The notes below the pieces were generated by a model. It was not told the DNA's origin, ran no database searches, and saw nothing but the letters and a program-made list of their open reading frames with translations. The position numbers and the translations under genes were made by a program. Positions 25,299 through 39,393 of a DNA stretch of 64,000 bases are shown piece after piece (the first letter of the stretch is position 1; the number at the start of each line of letters is the position of its first letter). The stretch is from NCBI GenBank assembly GCA_050084515.1, contig CM114271.1:2170001-2234000 (forward strand), read 5' to 3'. Source of the DNA: Blasia pusilla (Eukaryota).

Positions 25299-28200
25299 TC
25301 CACATGAGAGAGGATATTGAGGGGGGATGTTGGATTCTCAACATCCACTTCTCTGAGCACCATTAATATGATCGGCCCCCTTTTATGAGGAGAAGCCTAG
25401 ATTGATGGTTCCGACTTAGACGTCAAAGGAGTCATAGTAATATGACGTGGGTGGTTTTAGGAGTGGCGTATCTAAGATTATCTAGATCCGGGGGCGCAGC
25501 CTCTGGTATGCCAAGACGACGTGGGGGTCCAAGGGCGTAGCCTGGGCAAAAATTTTCTATTAATAGAAACAAAGAATAAAAAACCCTAGTTTCCTAAGTA
25601 GTGAAATAGTTAGAAACCGTAGCGGTAGCGTATTCTTGTATGTCGAGTTATCTCCATGTTCAGGTTCCATCGAAGCTCTTCTGTGAGCGCACGGACGGAG
25701 TAGGCCACTTTGTATCTCTAATTTTTGTAAAGATTTCATTGATTTTACTTTCTGTTTTCTCACATGGTATCAGAGTAGTAGGTTTTCCAATATTTTGTAT
25801 GTGGCGATCTAGTGTGTTTGCCTTCGCGAGTAGAGGAGGACATACTCATGAGGTTGAGGATGACCTGTTGAGGTCTAGGGAAATCTGAGAGAGCAGGTTT
25901 CCCTTTCGTTTCGGCTCATTTGGAGCCATATAGAGAAGATTACTATTTTGGGCAAGTTTTAATGTTTGGTAGAGTTGAATTTCCAGTTTGGGAAGCAGCC
26001 CTTGACCCACTACAGTAGGTCAAGAGCCAAGGAGATGACCTACGAGCATAGGTTACCGAGGAGAGAGCTTGGGAGAGGGAAGGGGGTATACCTCAAGGAG
26101 AGAGAGCTTGAGAGCTCATTCTCTCTTTGTTGAACCTCTTGGCATGAGATAGCGGAGCTATGGTCTTGCTTGCCTTGTGAGTGTAATCCATGCCTCTCAT
26201 TAGGAGAGTGGGTTTGGTTTGACATTGAGAGAGACATGTGAGAGTGCACACGTTTGAGAGCTATGGTGTTGAGAGAGATTGGATCTACTTGATTTAATTG
26301 GAGATAGTTTGGTACTTCTTGTCTCGTTGTTTGGATGCCATGAGTTAGGATGGGATCGTGCGTGTTTGTGTGTATATTTGTCGAGAGCAATATATGTTGT
26401 GTAGCAATGTGTATGCGCACAACATTGGCGAGTTTGATTTCCTATGACTTTTTGCATGAAATCTAAAAAGACTTGTGCTAAAAGGGCCACTAAAAGCTAG
26501 ATTGTAAATCAGAGCGGCCTTCCTTGTAGATAGGAACCATGGCTATTTCCTTGGGTGTAAAAGGGAAGCCACAAATGCTTGTTGTTGGTCACTCATGGCA
26601 ATAGCTAAGCGGTGAGTCCTTGTGCTAAATGTTTGAGAGTTAGAGAATGAGCAGACAGTTGCTAACAAATCTCAACTATTTGATCTATCGGATGTACCTT
26701 GTGCCATATATTTCTATCCCCATTTTGAGTTCTCATATTTCCTATAGTCGAGCTTTAAGCGGCCTTCATAGAAATCATGGAAGGAGAGGCATGGTAATAT
26801 CTGAACATAATATTTTTGGGGCGAGATGTAGAGAAAATTTTCATGACCATATTTACATGCTCCAAATCCTGCCCATCTGTTGCAAATTTAAGCCGTGGTT
26901 GTCATAAGGCTTGCCCCCATGAGATAGGGCTCTAATAGGGCTACTCCATGTCTTTCCATGCTTAATCTCTAGATTTCTGGTCACTATGAATTTCCACAAT
27001 TGAAACAGAGTACCTAACGAGGTGTTCCATGCAAAGCTGCAACCAAACAAAGTGAGTAAAACCTAGGATTTCTAGGAGGAAAAGAAAAATTATAGAAAGT
27101 GTTTGTAGCCCAAACCGTTATTTTCCAATTGATTGTGTGTGCAAACTATATTTTCCTTAACTAGTGTACATCCCTTGCTATGCTTGGGACCAATAATCAT
27201 GCTGCCTTAAAATTAAAAAGAAACGTTTCTTGCTCCACATGTTACCAATACTTTTTTACTTAAACCTAAACCCTTACAAATCACCATCCTCCTTTGATAA
27301 TATCAATAATATAGACTGAAATGTATGTTATGTCAGATACCAAAGAACTCACAATTTTCCCACAAGATGTTTTCGTAGTAAGGCTCATACGACAACATTG
27401 ATACTCACATAATTTAAGCCCATCGGCCAAAAACTCTAATATTACCTATCAAGAATATCCTTGAATTTGTAGCCCTTGGGCCATAATAAAATCTAATATT
27501 AGCCAAGGGCATTTTCAAGCAAGGCTTGGATAGAACCGGCATTCTTTGTAAAAGGTGCCCGATTCCCAAACGTGTTTTCCCGATTTGAAATATACATTCA
27601 CGCAAGGGTCACCCACCAGAAAAGTTAGAGTATCGGAAATCATCCTACCCTAATTATACTGCCACTTCTTTTGACAATTGAGAAAAAAAATAAGAAAATT
27701 TTGTAAAGAATAAAAAGGATATATTAGGAAGGCTTGTAACGGGAGTTAAAAGAGGTTAATAAAAGTTTTAGTAGGACTTTTAGGTTAATTTTGTGAGTAA
27801 ACACATGAAAAACTAACTCGGAGACCTATACCCACTCAACAAACCTGTTGTCCACTAGAAGAAAACTGGACCGGACTTAGCCCTATATGAAAAGGACTGG
27901 ATCTTGTAAAAAATGGATGGACTAAAAGAAACTGTCATAGGCTTGCTTTCAAGCAAACGCTTAAATGCTTAGACACTCTAAGGAACACACAATATCAATT
28001 GGCTAAGGAACCCACAATATCAATTGGCTAACTAGTAACTAGTAAATCGTGCATAATGGGACATGGTGGAGGCGGACGGGGACGATAGTGAAGGCGGACG
28101 GGGATGGAGGATGCCACGAAGGGATGGAGGAGGGAGTGGGGTCGTGTGATATACCGAAACGGAGATCTCGGTCTCCTCTACGTTTTGATTCACAGCATCA

Positions 28201-31200
28201 ACTTTATAGTGAAGTATTTTATGTTTTATTCCATTATTTAGATTCCTGATTTTTTTAGGGTTTCTCATGTAGGTATTAGGGTCCCCTTTGTTGTCTTGCC
28301 TCGTTGTTATGTCATGAATGTTTCCAAGATAACTCATGTTGTTCTTCCACACCACCCCTTTTTCTCTATGTTCTTTCTTTATGGCCATGCATATTTCTCG
28401 CTCATGTTTGACCCATGTTCTTCTCCGTTATCCCAGCCTTAGGTAGACCTCTATTCCCATCCATTTTTCTTCGGTTTTTTCTATTCTCTTTCCACATTAT
28501 TAGTACCTCCATACTACCTCTAGTTTGTTTTGGGAGGGGGTTGGGCTAGAAGTCCTAGGTGAAGAATATAGATGAGAGTTCATACTAGGGGGAGCATTAC
28601 CTTGGATGAGAAGAGAGTCGATTACCATTAGTGCTAGTTTGAATGGGGGTTGTGGGGCGGATTCAGTGTGGGTTGTCTCTCGAGTTTGATAGAGGGGGTG
28701 ATGTTCTCTTCTTGGTGAGCGGTGTCCATGCCTCAAACCGCATCGGCCTCTCGTGTAGGGGCCCGTGGGTTGTCTAGTCGGGATAAAAAATTCCCTTGTT
28801 AACCTGAATTCTTCACCCGTTCAGGAATTCTGAGCCACTTAGCGGCTAAACATCCTCACTTTGATAGATTTGGATGGGTGGTTCCTCCAGTCGACCATGG
28901 ATGCTCACCGGTGCTTCATGCATCATCACCCCCTCCTGAGGTATGGGAGTGGTTGAGGTCCCACCTTGGCAGCATCATAGGCCTCTTTGAGACCTATTTT
29001 CCCTGCTCGAGGTTGTTTCATAGGATCCCCCATGCCATTCGAGACGAGCTCCGCCACGCTTTCCTCCTTCCCCTATCTAGGATTGCACTTGATCTTATGG
29101 ATTAGCTCTTGTGATATCTACTTCTCCTTCCACGATGGTGTCTTCGTTATAACCTGGGGGGGGGGGATTGGGAGTCTCTGCAGAGCGAGTTTGTGGCATA
29201 TGCCAGAGGCAGCACTTCACCTAGTTTCCCGACGGATGATCATATAGCATCTAGGTTGCGACAATGTAGACACTTCGACGAGTGGGGGAGTACTCGCGAG
29301 CGGCTCGTGTGCTCCGCCCTGTGGTCATGGCTCCTCCTTCCGCTGTTACCATTGATGCCCTCCGGAGGCTACATCCTCGTCTAGCGGTTGATATTCCAGT
29401 GTTTTTATGTGACTTCCATCCTGACACGGCTTTATGCCTAGATTCGTCCCTCTTTGCACGGAAACTCGGCATTCCCCTAGGATAGCAGCTAGAGGGTTGT
29501 CCAATATGATGTATGAACACCTTTGTGATTGCTTTCCCCCCGAGGACTCTGCTAGCGGATTTTCTGAGTTGCTTCAATTTGCCTCTCACCTAGCTTAGGG
29601 GAGAGTGCCAACAGCAGTGGCTCAGGTATTGGGAGCGGGGTGACTTTTGGCGCTGTCGAAGGAGGGTGGAGGGATCCGTCCCATCGCCATAGGTGAGGTG
29701 CTCTTACGGTTGGTGAGTCACACTATGACTTTGCAATTCCGTGAGGCTTTCTAATCACATCTGAGTCCGCACCAGTTCGGAGTTGCCATGCCAACTGGTT
29801 GTGAGGCCATAGCCTTAGGTTTGAGGGCTTGTCTGGATATCCATCTTGAGTGGGTGGTTCTCCAAGTTGATATGGAGAATGCCTTCAACTTAGTGTCTCG
29901 GGCAGCTATCTTCACGGAGTTGAGAGACGTAGGGGGTCCTATTGCAAGCTTGATTCCCTTTGTGCAGGCTTTCTATGGGGCTCCTTCACCCCTCTATTTT
30001 CACCACGGTAGGTCCGAGGAGGAGGTCATGGTTTTTGAGTCTGCTATCGGGACTCATCAGGGTGATCCCTTGGGTGGTGCATTGTTTGCTTTGGCTCATT
30101 ATCGAGCGGTTCTTTCTACGGTGGAGGCTTTCCCGTGTTGCATTTTCCCTTCGTTGGTAGATGATACTCACATTGTTGGCCTTGGAGACTAGGTCATTCT
30201 TGAATTTCATCACTTTTCACCACAGTTGGCACATGTCGGCCTCGCTGTGAAGGTGGGAAAGTGCAAGGCTTGGTCTCCATAAGGCCTGCCGGCTGATATA
30301 CATTTACCCGACGGATTCTCGACACCTGCTGGAGGGCTTCGCATCTTGGGAGTCCCACTCGGGAGCCAAAACTTTGTATCAAGTTTTGTGGCGGCGGCTC
30401 TTACCAAGGATCTTCTCCATGTCAAAGATCTCATGAGGATTGGTGACCCTCAAGTAGCTTATGGCATCCTGTCATCATGTTTCGCTCATAGACCTGGTTA
30501 TCTTTGTAGGACTGTGTGGGCGTCTAGCCATATTTCTTCCTTACATAGATCCTTTGATAGAAAGATCATGCAGGCGTTTGGGGATCTACTAGGACCTGGC
30601 TCCTTAGAGTGCTCCGTGGGGGAGTTAGGTCGTAGATAGGCTTCTTGGCCGGTTGCCTTTGGTGGAGTAGGTCTTATAGCGACTGAGTTAGTGGCATCTT
30701 CGGCTTTTTTAGGGTGGGCCATTGTAGCACCCCTCCTTTGCTCCCGATTTTTTTTTAGGGATAGACGGCTACTTTTACAATACATTTCCCAGGTTGAGGA
30801 TGGTCTTTTCCCACTTCAATCTTCACTCACAACTTATAGAGATTCCCTTCTTGTTGAGGCTAGAGCAGTTTTTCCCACTTTCTCTTCTCTAGTTATCTCC
30901 GAACAGTCTAGGCTCCAATCTTCTTTGATGGAAGCCCACTTTGAGGCAATGTTCAGAGCTATCCCCATGGAGATGGGAATATCCCCATGGAGATTCGGGC
31001 TCGTATTCGCTCTTGCTCCGAAAAGGGGGCAGGCTCATGGGTGGGGGCTTGCCCTCTCATCCCGGATTTCCGCATCGCACCACTTGCCTACACTACAACA
31101 ATGCAGTTCTGATTGGGCCTGCCCCAACCATCGGTGGTTGGTTTGACACATTACGAGTGTCAGCAAAGCCTGGATCCACTTGGTGTGCATTTGGCACGGT

Positions 31201-31542
31201 GTCCAGTTGGGGGTGAGAGGATAGCCACCCACGATGCAGTGCGGGATACTATGTTCTCTATTGCTCGGGAGGGTGGGTTCCATGTGCAAAGAGAGAGGCA
31301 CTACTCCATGCGGGATTCCCTTATCCATATTGATCTCTACATGACGCGGGAGTTTGAGATGGTGGTAGCGGATGTTGTAGTGATGGATCCTACGCAAGAG
31401 GAGGTGCGGGCCCAAGTGGTGGCACAAGGGAGATTGCTACAAGGAGCGGCGGCGGCGGTAAAGAAGACCCACATTTATAGTCGACTTTATGACGGACATC
31501 AATTTATCCCCCTAGCCATTGAGATATACGAGGCCATGAGGG

Positions 31543-32365
31543 CAAGGTTGCATGCAAACGGACAAGTCCGTCCGTGGGACAGACATGTCCAGACATGACC
31601 ACGGACATGGAACATCGGGCGCGAGCACGGGTTTTTGTGGCGCCAAGATTGACCGCACGGGCTCTACTTGCGGGCCATCGGTGCGGGCTCCGATGAAGGG
31701 TGTGGGCCAGGGTGCAAGCCTTAGTCTCAACGTGGGCTGTAAGCAAGCGCGATGTACGGGCCCTAAAGCCCGCGTCCAGGCTGCTTGCGGGCCTTGGAGC
31801 CTGCATGCACGCTAGGATGCGGGCCCTAAAGCCCGCATCCAGGCTACTTGCGAGCTAGGTCGAGGGATGCTAGCGGGCAACCAAGCCCGCGTGCGGGCTA
31901 GTTTGCAGGCCCTGAAGCCGGTGCGCGGGCTTGTTGCGGGCCGCCCAGCCCGCGAGAGTGCTTTTTGCGAGCCTGCATGCATGCTAGGGTGCGGGCCTTG
32001 AAGCCCACGTCCAGGCTGATTGCGGGCCTCTGAGCCCGCAAGCCGGCTGCTTGCGGGTTGCTTGCGGGCCTAGGAGCCGCATGCGGGCGCTAGGATGCAG
32101 GCCCTAAATCCCGGGCTAGTTGCGGGTCCTTGAGCCCGCGTAGAGCCTGCGCGCGGACTCTAAGGCCTAGGCGATCCATAGTGCGGGCTCTGTGCGGGCC
32201 CTGGAGCCTGCTTGGGGCTAGAATACGGGCTCGCTGGTGGACCATTGAGCCTGCGGATGGCCCGCACTACGCGCCTTGGAGCCCGCATGTGGGCTAGGGC
32301 ACGAGGCCACGCACGGGCTCCTTGCGGGTCGTGCGGGCCAGGATTATAGGCGGGTCCTGTCATTC
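31543..32365. repeat. GC-rich left subterminal region with many gcgggc/gcccgc motifs
   Basis: Dense (t)gcgggcc and agcccgc motifs, mirrored at the right end (~50270-50917). Consistent with hAT subterminal transposase-binding repeats. Confidence 0.75.
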
Positions 32366-33535
32366 AAGTGAGGTATTAAATAAATTCTATCATTATTATG
32401 GTTTGGGTGATTGACGGTTTGAGAGGTTGAAATAGGATTGTTGTAGGAGAATATAGGTTAGTTAGAAATGAGAGTAATTGATGAATTTGGGATCCTGGTG
32501 GTGAAGAAAGGAATGATAATATTAAAATAGATTTGAATAAGGTGGTTGTATTACAAAATAGGTATGTTGGAAATTGAAAGTTGGTCAAGAAGTTAGGATA
32601 GGTGTAACCATCCTTTGTTAGTCATAGTTAAGTTAGAGTCTATGACATGAAGCGCATAAGTGGGAAAGAAGCAACCAAAAAGAGAAAAGACAAGATACAT
32701 GAGATAAAGATGATAGTGGGGCCATAGGTTGGTGAAAAGGAAGATAAGGATGAGGTTGGGACATTAGACTCCAAAGGAGATCCTCTCATGCTATGAGAGT
32801 AGGACATGTGGCATAAGGATAGGTAGAGTTAATTTATCTTCATTGTACCTATCTCTAAGTACATAAAGGAAGAGGAGAGGCCTTAAGGGCATTCTACCTT
32901 TGAGCAACTCTAGAGTGGTTCCGTGAGCTGGAGAGTTACAATGGTATCAGAGCAAGGTTGCTCTTCTAACGAGAGTGGATTACCCCTCTTGGAAGGATGA
33001 CCAAGTAATGATATACTATTTAGAGTAGATAGGTTGTTAGAGGATGGGAGTGGCTATTGAGCTGCAAGTAGAGTAAGGGGGAAGGGCTGTGTTGCAAGTA
33101 ATGGATGGAGGGGGAGCAAGAGTGGCTCCTAATTTCCCGTTTCTTAATCCGTTCACCATCAAACTCTTATATGTAGATAGACACTAGTTCACGAGATACT
33201 TGGTATATCATTTTGGTGAAGTTTTCATGACGCAAGTGATGGAGTCTCATTATCGGGTGATCCTCCCTATTGTTACATATGATCGTGTGTGGGATTGCAC
33301 TATTTATATATTATTTTAGAGGAGATATGGGGAATGGATTTGAATAGGCCCCCACAAGTGTTTTTTAACACTCGATATATAGTCCATGTGTTTTGTCAAC
33401 CTAAGATAGCATATAGAGAGTTAATGGTGAGGAAGTTTGGCCAAGAGTATTATGATGAAGTCATTGCGTCAACATTGCCTTTTGTAGTCCCTATTGTGCG
33501 AAATTGGCAGGTGTATATCTTGATCTTATATTAGA

Positions 33536-36500
33536 GTGATAGTAAAGGGTGAGGGGAAAGTCAGAGCAATTATGGAAGAAACTTTGAGGAATATGATTCG
33601 TGAATTGAGAGAGTTGAGAGTTGCATTTGATCAAAGTCAAAACCAAGTCCAAGAATTAGTGCAAGAAGTTGCTTCGGTGAGAAATGTGAGAGTAGAGAGA
33701 GAGAGAGAGAGAGTTCTTCCGATAGGTGGGATGGAGATAGAAACCACGAGTGTCGTGACTTATGGGGAGAGTGACGAAACCTTAAGGGCACAAGCATTTG
33801 AGGCCCAAGCAGCACAAAGAGTGATGGAGATGAATGCTCAAGCATCATTGATATTGAAAATGAAAAAGGCATGCAAGGTAGAATTGTACTAAGGAAGTCA
33901 AGCCATGGGGGTATTAGAGGGTTGGATCACTCGGATGGAAATCCATTTATCCCTTTTCAACATTGATGATCATATTGCAAGGATGTTCATAAGATCTTGG
34001 TTAATCGATCGAGCATTGATATGGTATCAAGGATGGGAGAGATCCTTGATTGAAACAACTCAACAAATCACATGGAGCGGCTTCCTTCGTAAAATTCTAC
34101 AATTTGAGCTTATGAAGACAAAATTTCATGGTTATATGACCATATCTACCACACTCAAAACATTGGTGTATATCTCTTCAGACTTCGAATTCTCTCCCTC
34201 CTCTAGGAATCCCGACCCCGTCGGTTCGAGGAGCAATCCCTTGTATGTTGGGGTTTCGATCTCTCTCCATTGGCACCCTTTCATTATACCTTCGCGGCGC
34301 ATAACCATCTCGTGCTCGAAGGTTACCCAACTCCATGGGTGTGGATCCGTAGTGGTTGTTCATGGAAGCAACCACCTCTCCTCCTCCTTCGTACATATTT
34401 GCCATGCAAGGTGGAATTGTACGAAGGAAGTCAAGCCAAGGGCTGTTGCAAAATTTCCAAGCTATGGATCCAATCCTCACTGCTAGAATGAAATTATAGC
34501 GATTGGAGCAGAAAAGCACTGTGGAGGACTACATTGAAGAGTTTCGTGACTTGCAGATACAAATCCCCGACATGAGTGGGCCAAAAGCTCTCGATCTGTT
34601 TAAGAGAGGTTTAAAGAAGAAGGTGCATCAAGAGGTGATTCGAAATAACCCAAAAGATATCAATGAAGCAATCGCATGTGCCCAACGTATGGAAATATGT
34701 ACGAAGGAGGAGGAGAGGTGGTTGCTTCCACGAACAACCACTACGGATCCACACCCATGGAGTTGGGTAACCTTCGAGCACGAGATGGTTATGCGCCGCG
34801 AAGGTATAATGAAAGGGTGCCAATGGAGAGAGATCGGAACCCCAACATACAAGGGATTGCTCCTCGAACCGACGGGGTCGGGGTTCCTAGAGGAGGGAGA
34901 GAATTCGAAGTCCGAAGAGATACACACCAATATTTTGAGTATGGTAGATATGGTCATATAGCCATGAATTTTTGTCTTTGTAAGCTCAAAAATAGGCCAT
35001 ATTGTCGCCCCCTTAATCATCTTGACGGAGGACACATGCAGGAAGATGACGAAGAAGGCGGACCTTAGGGAAACGCCAACCACCAATAATCGCGCCTCGC
35101 GGATATACTGGTTCAAACAAAATGAGGAAAGGCGAGGGTCGACACAAACATGTGGAGGTAAATGGTTTGAAGAGAGGAGAAACACGTCTCATTGTTATAG
35201 ATGGGGAAGTAGAAGGATCTCAAGTTAGAGTGTTGATTGATCCTGGGGCAACAGAAAACTTCCTTTCAAAAGCCATAGCTATGAAATTGGGCTTAACTTT
35301 AGAGAGGGATCAAAAAGAAGAGGTACAATTACCAAACGGGCAAACAGAAAAGATTGAGAAGCTTCCTGGAAGGGTAGAGTTGAGGATAGGAAAATATCTG
35401 GAAGAGTTGGAGATGAAGGTCATTAGGTTAGCACGTTATGATATTATCTTGGGAATGCCTTGGATGGAACAGTATAATCCAGAGGTAGATTGGAGAAAAA
35501 AGATTATGAAGACCCGAGAGTGGAAGCTTTACGGAGATAGAGTCAGATCACGTCCTAGAACCCTACCCCTATATCTAATAGGAAAAACCGCCATCAAACA
35601 TCAAGATGTATATTTCCTAGATTTAATAAGAAATGTTTGTGGTTTGAAAAAATATTCAGAGGTACCAGACGAGTTGAGAGAAGTATTGGAGGAATACAAA
35701 GATGTATTCCCAAATGATTTACCATCAAGGTTACCATCCAAACGGAGGGTAGACCACAAGATTGAGGTCCTTCTAGAAAGCACACCATCATGTAAGGCTC
35801 TTTACCACTTAGCTCTAAGAGAATTAGAAGAATGCAAAGCCTAAGTGGATGAGATGTTGTAGAAAGGTTTCATCCAACCAAGCGTCTTGCCATATGGAGC
35901 CCCTGTCCTTTTTGAAAAAAGAAGAATGGAAGCATGCGACTGTGTATCGATTATCGAGCACTGAATCAACAAACAGTCATAAACAAATATCCATTACCAA
36001 GAATGGATGATTTGTTTGACCAGCTACAAGGAGCAAAATACTTCACTAAACTTGACCTTCGCAGCGGCTACAACCAAATTTGAATTGCAGATGAAGATGT
36101 GCACAAGACTGCTTTTTGTATTAGGTATGGACACTTTGAATACTTAGTCATGCCATTTGGTCTTACTAATGCACTTGCAATCTTTATGGGCCTAATGAAT
36201 GATATCTTTCGTCCATATTTAGACAAGGCTGTCATTTTATTCTTAGATGATATCTTAGTCTATAGTAAAATGATAGAGGAGCATATAAATCATCTACGAG
36301 AAGTCCTTCAAATCCTAAGAGATAATGAGTTGTATGGTAAAGCTTCAAAATGTGAGTTCGGTAAGACAGAAGTTGATTATCTAGGGCATCGAGTAAGCGC
36401 AGAAGGTATTGAAGTGATGAGTGAGAAGGTAGAAGCGATCCAAAAATGGAGTGCACCTGAGCATCAAACTCAATTGAAGAGTTTTCTATGATTAACAGGA

Positions 36501-38520
36501 TTCTATCAAAGATTTGTCAAAGGTTTTGCTCAAATTGCACAATCCTTAACAGCTTTACTACGTAAAGGACAAAAATGGAATTTGCGCACATCACAAGAGA
36601 TTGTTTTTCAATCATTAAAGGATGTCTTGATCAAAGCCCCTATTTTGAAGTGGTATGATCCTAATCGACCCATCAAGTTGGCCACATATGCTTCAGGTAC
36701 TAGCATTGGAGGAGTACTACAACAAGAATGGGAGGATGGATGACATCCTATTGCCTTCTTTTCTCGCAAGCTATTGCCAGCGGAGCAAAACTACCATACA
36801 ACTGAGCGAGAAGAACTTGCTATTGTGTTGGCAACCAAGCATTGGAAACATTACTTGGGCGATAAGGAGTTTGTAGTGGAGACTGATCACAAGCCCTTGG
36901 TCTACTTAGAGTCCAAAAAAGGAGCTTTCCAAAAGTCAAATTCGATGGGCAGAATGGCGACAAAAATTCATGATGAAAATTATCTATGTGGAAGGAAAGA
37001 AGCAATTGGCAGACGTCTTGACTCGTATACCACAGATGAATAACATATCTGAAGTGGAGATTCACTCTAGTTGGTGGAAAAAGTTATCCAAAGCCACAAA
37101 GGAGGATGAAGAAATTGCAGTTGCTATTCATGCCAACAGAGTATACAAGGTTCAAGGATTGGTTTTCCATGAAGGCAAAGTATGGATCCTACAAGATCCA
37201 CAATTACGCACTGAAGTATTGTCTGAAGCTCACGACACAATCATTCCGGGTCATATAGGAGCTGAAAAAACCTTAGAGGGATTACAACGGGCATACTATT
37301 GGCCCAAAATGAGAGAAGATGTTGACGTATATGTAAGGAGTTGTAGGATTTATCAACAAATCAAGGCTAGAAACACAAAAGCAGTAGGATTGTTACAACC
37401 GATCCCAATACCTCAAAAACGTTGGGAACAAGTCACTATGGATCTTGTTTGTGAGCTACCTTATACGATCACGGGATATGACTCTATTATGGTCTTTGTG
37501 GATAGATTAAGCAAGATGATACACCTTCGTCCGACCAAGAAGACTGTGACTGCACCAGAGTTGACTAGGATCTACATCAAGATAGTCTTTGTCCATCATG
37601 GTCTTCCTAAAGTGCTTATCATTGATAGGGGAACCCATTTCATGAGTTTATTTTGGAAGGATTTATTCGGATTGCTCCAAACTAAACTAGCCATGTCTAC
37701 GCGCTTATCACCCTCAAACTGATGGACAAACTGAAAGGGCCAACAGTATCATTGAGGATATGCTACGCACCTTAACGTTAGAGGATCAACAAGGATGGGA
37801 CTCGTTGTTATGCTTAGTAGACTTCTCATACAATAACTCCATGAACTCTTCCACTAAGACCACACCGTTCTTTTTAATGCATGGCGAGCATCCCTCAATT
37901 CCTTTTAGTCTCACTCGAATAGGGAAAAGTCTGAGGGAACCTACAAAGGTAGCTGCAGTTAATGAGTTTGTGGACCAGATTGAGAAAGGGTTTCAACTTG
38001 CTAAGGAGAAGTTGGCTATTGCCCAAAATCGACAAAAATAACATATAGATGCTCATCATCGAGATGTCGAGTTTTTTGAAGGGGACAAGGTTTGGTTAGC
38101 AACAACCAATTTATCATTAGTAGGAGTTCGTAAGCTTAATCCTCGCTATATTAGGCCTTTGACTATCCTACAAAAAGTAGGCGGCGTGGCGTATAAGCTA
38201 GACCCACCAATGCATATGAAAATCCATCCTATGTTTCATGTCTCTCTTCTTCGACCGTTTATTCCACGCCCTAAGAGATTTAAGGACAATATTGTCACTC
38301 CACCACTACCTTAAACAGTCGGAGATCATGAAGAATTTGAAGTGGAACGTATCTTGAAGAAATGCACTCAAGAAGCTCATCACCACCGAGTTGAATATTT
38401 GGTCCATTGGAAAGGATATCCACTATTTAAGGCCACATGGGAACCCTCAGCCAACTTGGCGAACGCACCATTAATAGTGCAAGAGTTTGAAAGTTCTCAC
38501 AACGAGGACGTTTTATTTTA
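33536..38520 (+). pseudogene. Gypsy gag-pol (PR-RT-RH-IN-chromodomain), degenerate
   Basis: [46 protein letters not shown]. Chromodomain FEVERIL...EYLVHWKGYP..ATWEPSANL at ~38330-38465. Confidence 0.93.
34103..34990. repeat. ~300-bp inverted duplication inside Gypsy gag
   Basis: 34103-34405 is the reverse complement of 34689-34990, with a spacer of ~283 bp. The ORF track shows the same peptides on opposite strands. Confidence 0.92.
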
Positions 38521-39078
38521 AATGGGGGGAGGTTTGTAACCATACTTTGTTAGTCATAGTTAAGTTAGAATTTATGATATGAAGCGCATAAGTGGAAAAG
38601 AATCAACCAAAAAGAGAAAAGACAAGATACATGAGATAAAGATGAGAGTGGGGCCATAGGTTGGTGAAAAGGAAGATAAAGATGAGATTGAGGAAGATGA
38701 GGTTGAGACATTAGACTCCAAAGGAGATTCTCTCATGCTATGAGAGTAGAACATGTGGCATAAGGATAGGTAGAGCTAATTTGTCTTCATTGTACCTATC
38801 TCTAAGTATATAAAGGAAGAGGAGAGGCCATGAAGGCATTCTACTTTTGAGCAACTCTAGAGTGGTTCCGTCAGCTGGAGAGTTACAATAGGTCAAGAAG
38901 GAATCTAATAGAAGAATAAAAGTAGGTTTAATGAAGAAAATTAATGGAGATGGTTTAGTAATCAATTGTAAGTGGGGATAGATGATTTGTGGAGTTAGAA
39001 GGGATCATTTTCTTCCTTCCATCCTCCCCTAGATAAACTTGCTCATTTTTTTATACCCTCACAATCTCATTCCTCCCT

Positions 39079-39123
<45 letters not shown>

Positions 39124-39393
39124 CGTTTTTTTCCATAGATAGTTGAACTTGATAAGTGAGAATATGTTTTGCCATTAGATAACCATGATACTAAAAGTAT
39201 TTTGGTTATCTAGGTTAGCATATTGATCTTTCTTGTTCATAGTGAGTGTTCCAAGTTTTGTTATTGGAGCATTCATGGACAATATTTGGTGTAATTTGCA
39301 TACAATTTAATGATCGATATATACTAAAATTGACAGTAAATTGTTGCAAATTTTCCAAATATTGTTGGGTGGGGTTAGTGAGTGCCTCTAGTC

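Larger units (their letters stand above)
20754..25821 (+). mobile_element. Ty1/Copia LTR retrotransposon (decayed); 3' LTR is followed by a second PBS and leader
   Basis: LTRs 20754-~21208 and 25328-~25764 (tgttggattctc...ctcaca). PBS tggtatcaaagc at 21209; PPT gagggggga at 25319-25327. Domain order is PR-IN-RT-RH. Confidence 0.95.
32603..38887 (+). mobile_element. Ty3/Gypsy chromovirus nested in the hAT
   Basis: LTRs 32603-32940 and 38535-38887 (TG...CA). TSD atagg at 32598-32602 and 38888-38892. PBS tggtatcagagc at 32942; G-rich PPT before 38535. Confidence 0.96.

Noticed and set aside
25822-27100. LTR-like sequence after the Copia
   Set aside because: I could not define TG...CA termini, a TSD or a partner LTR.
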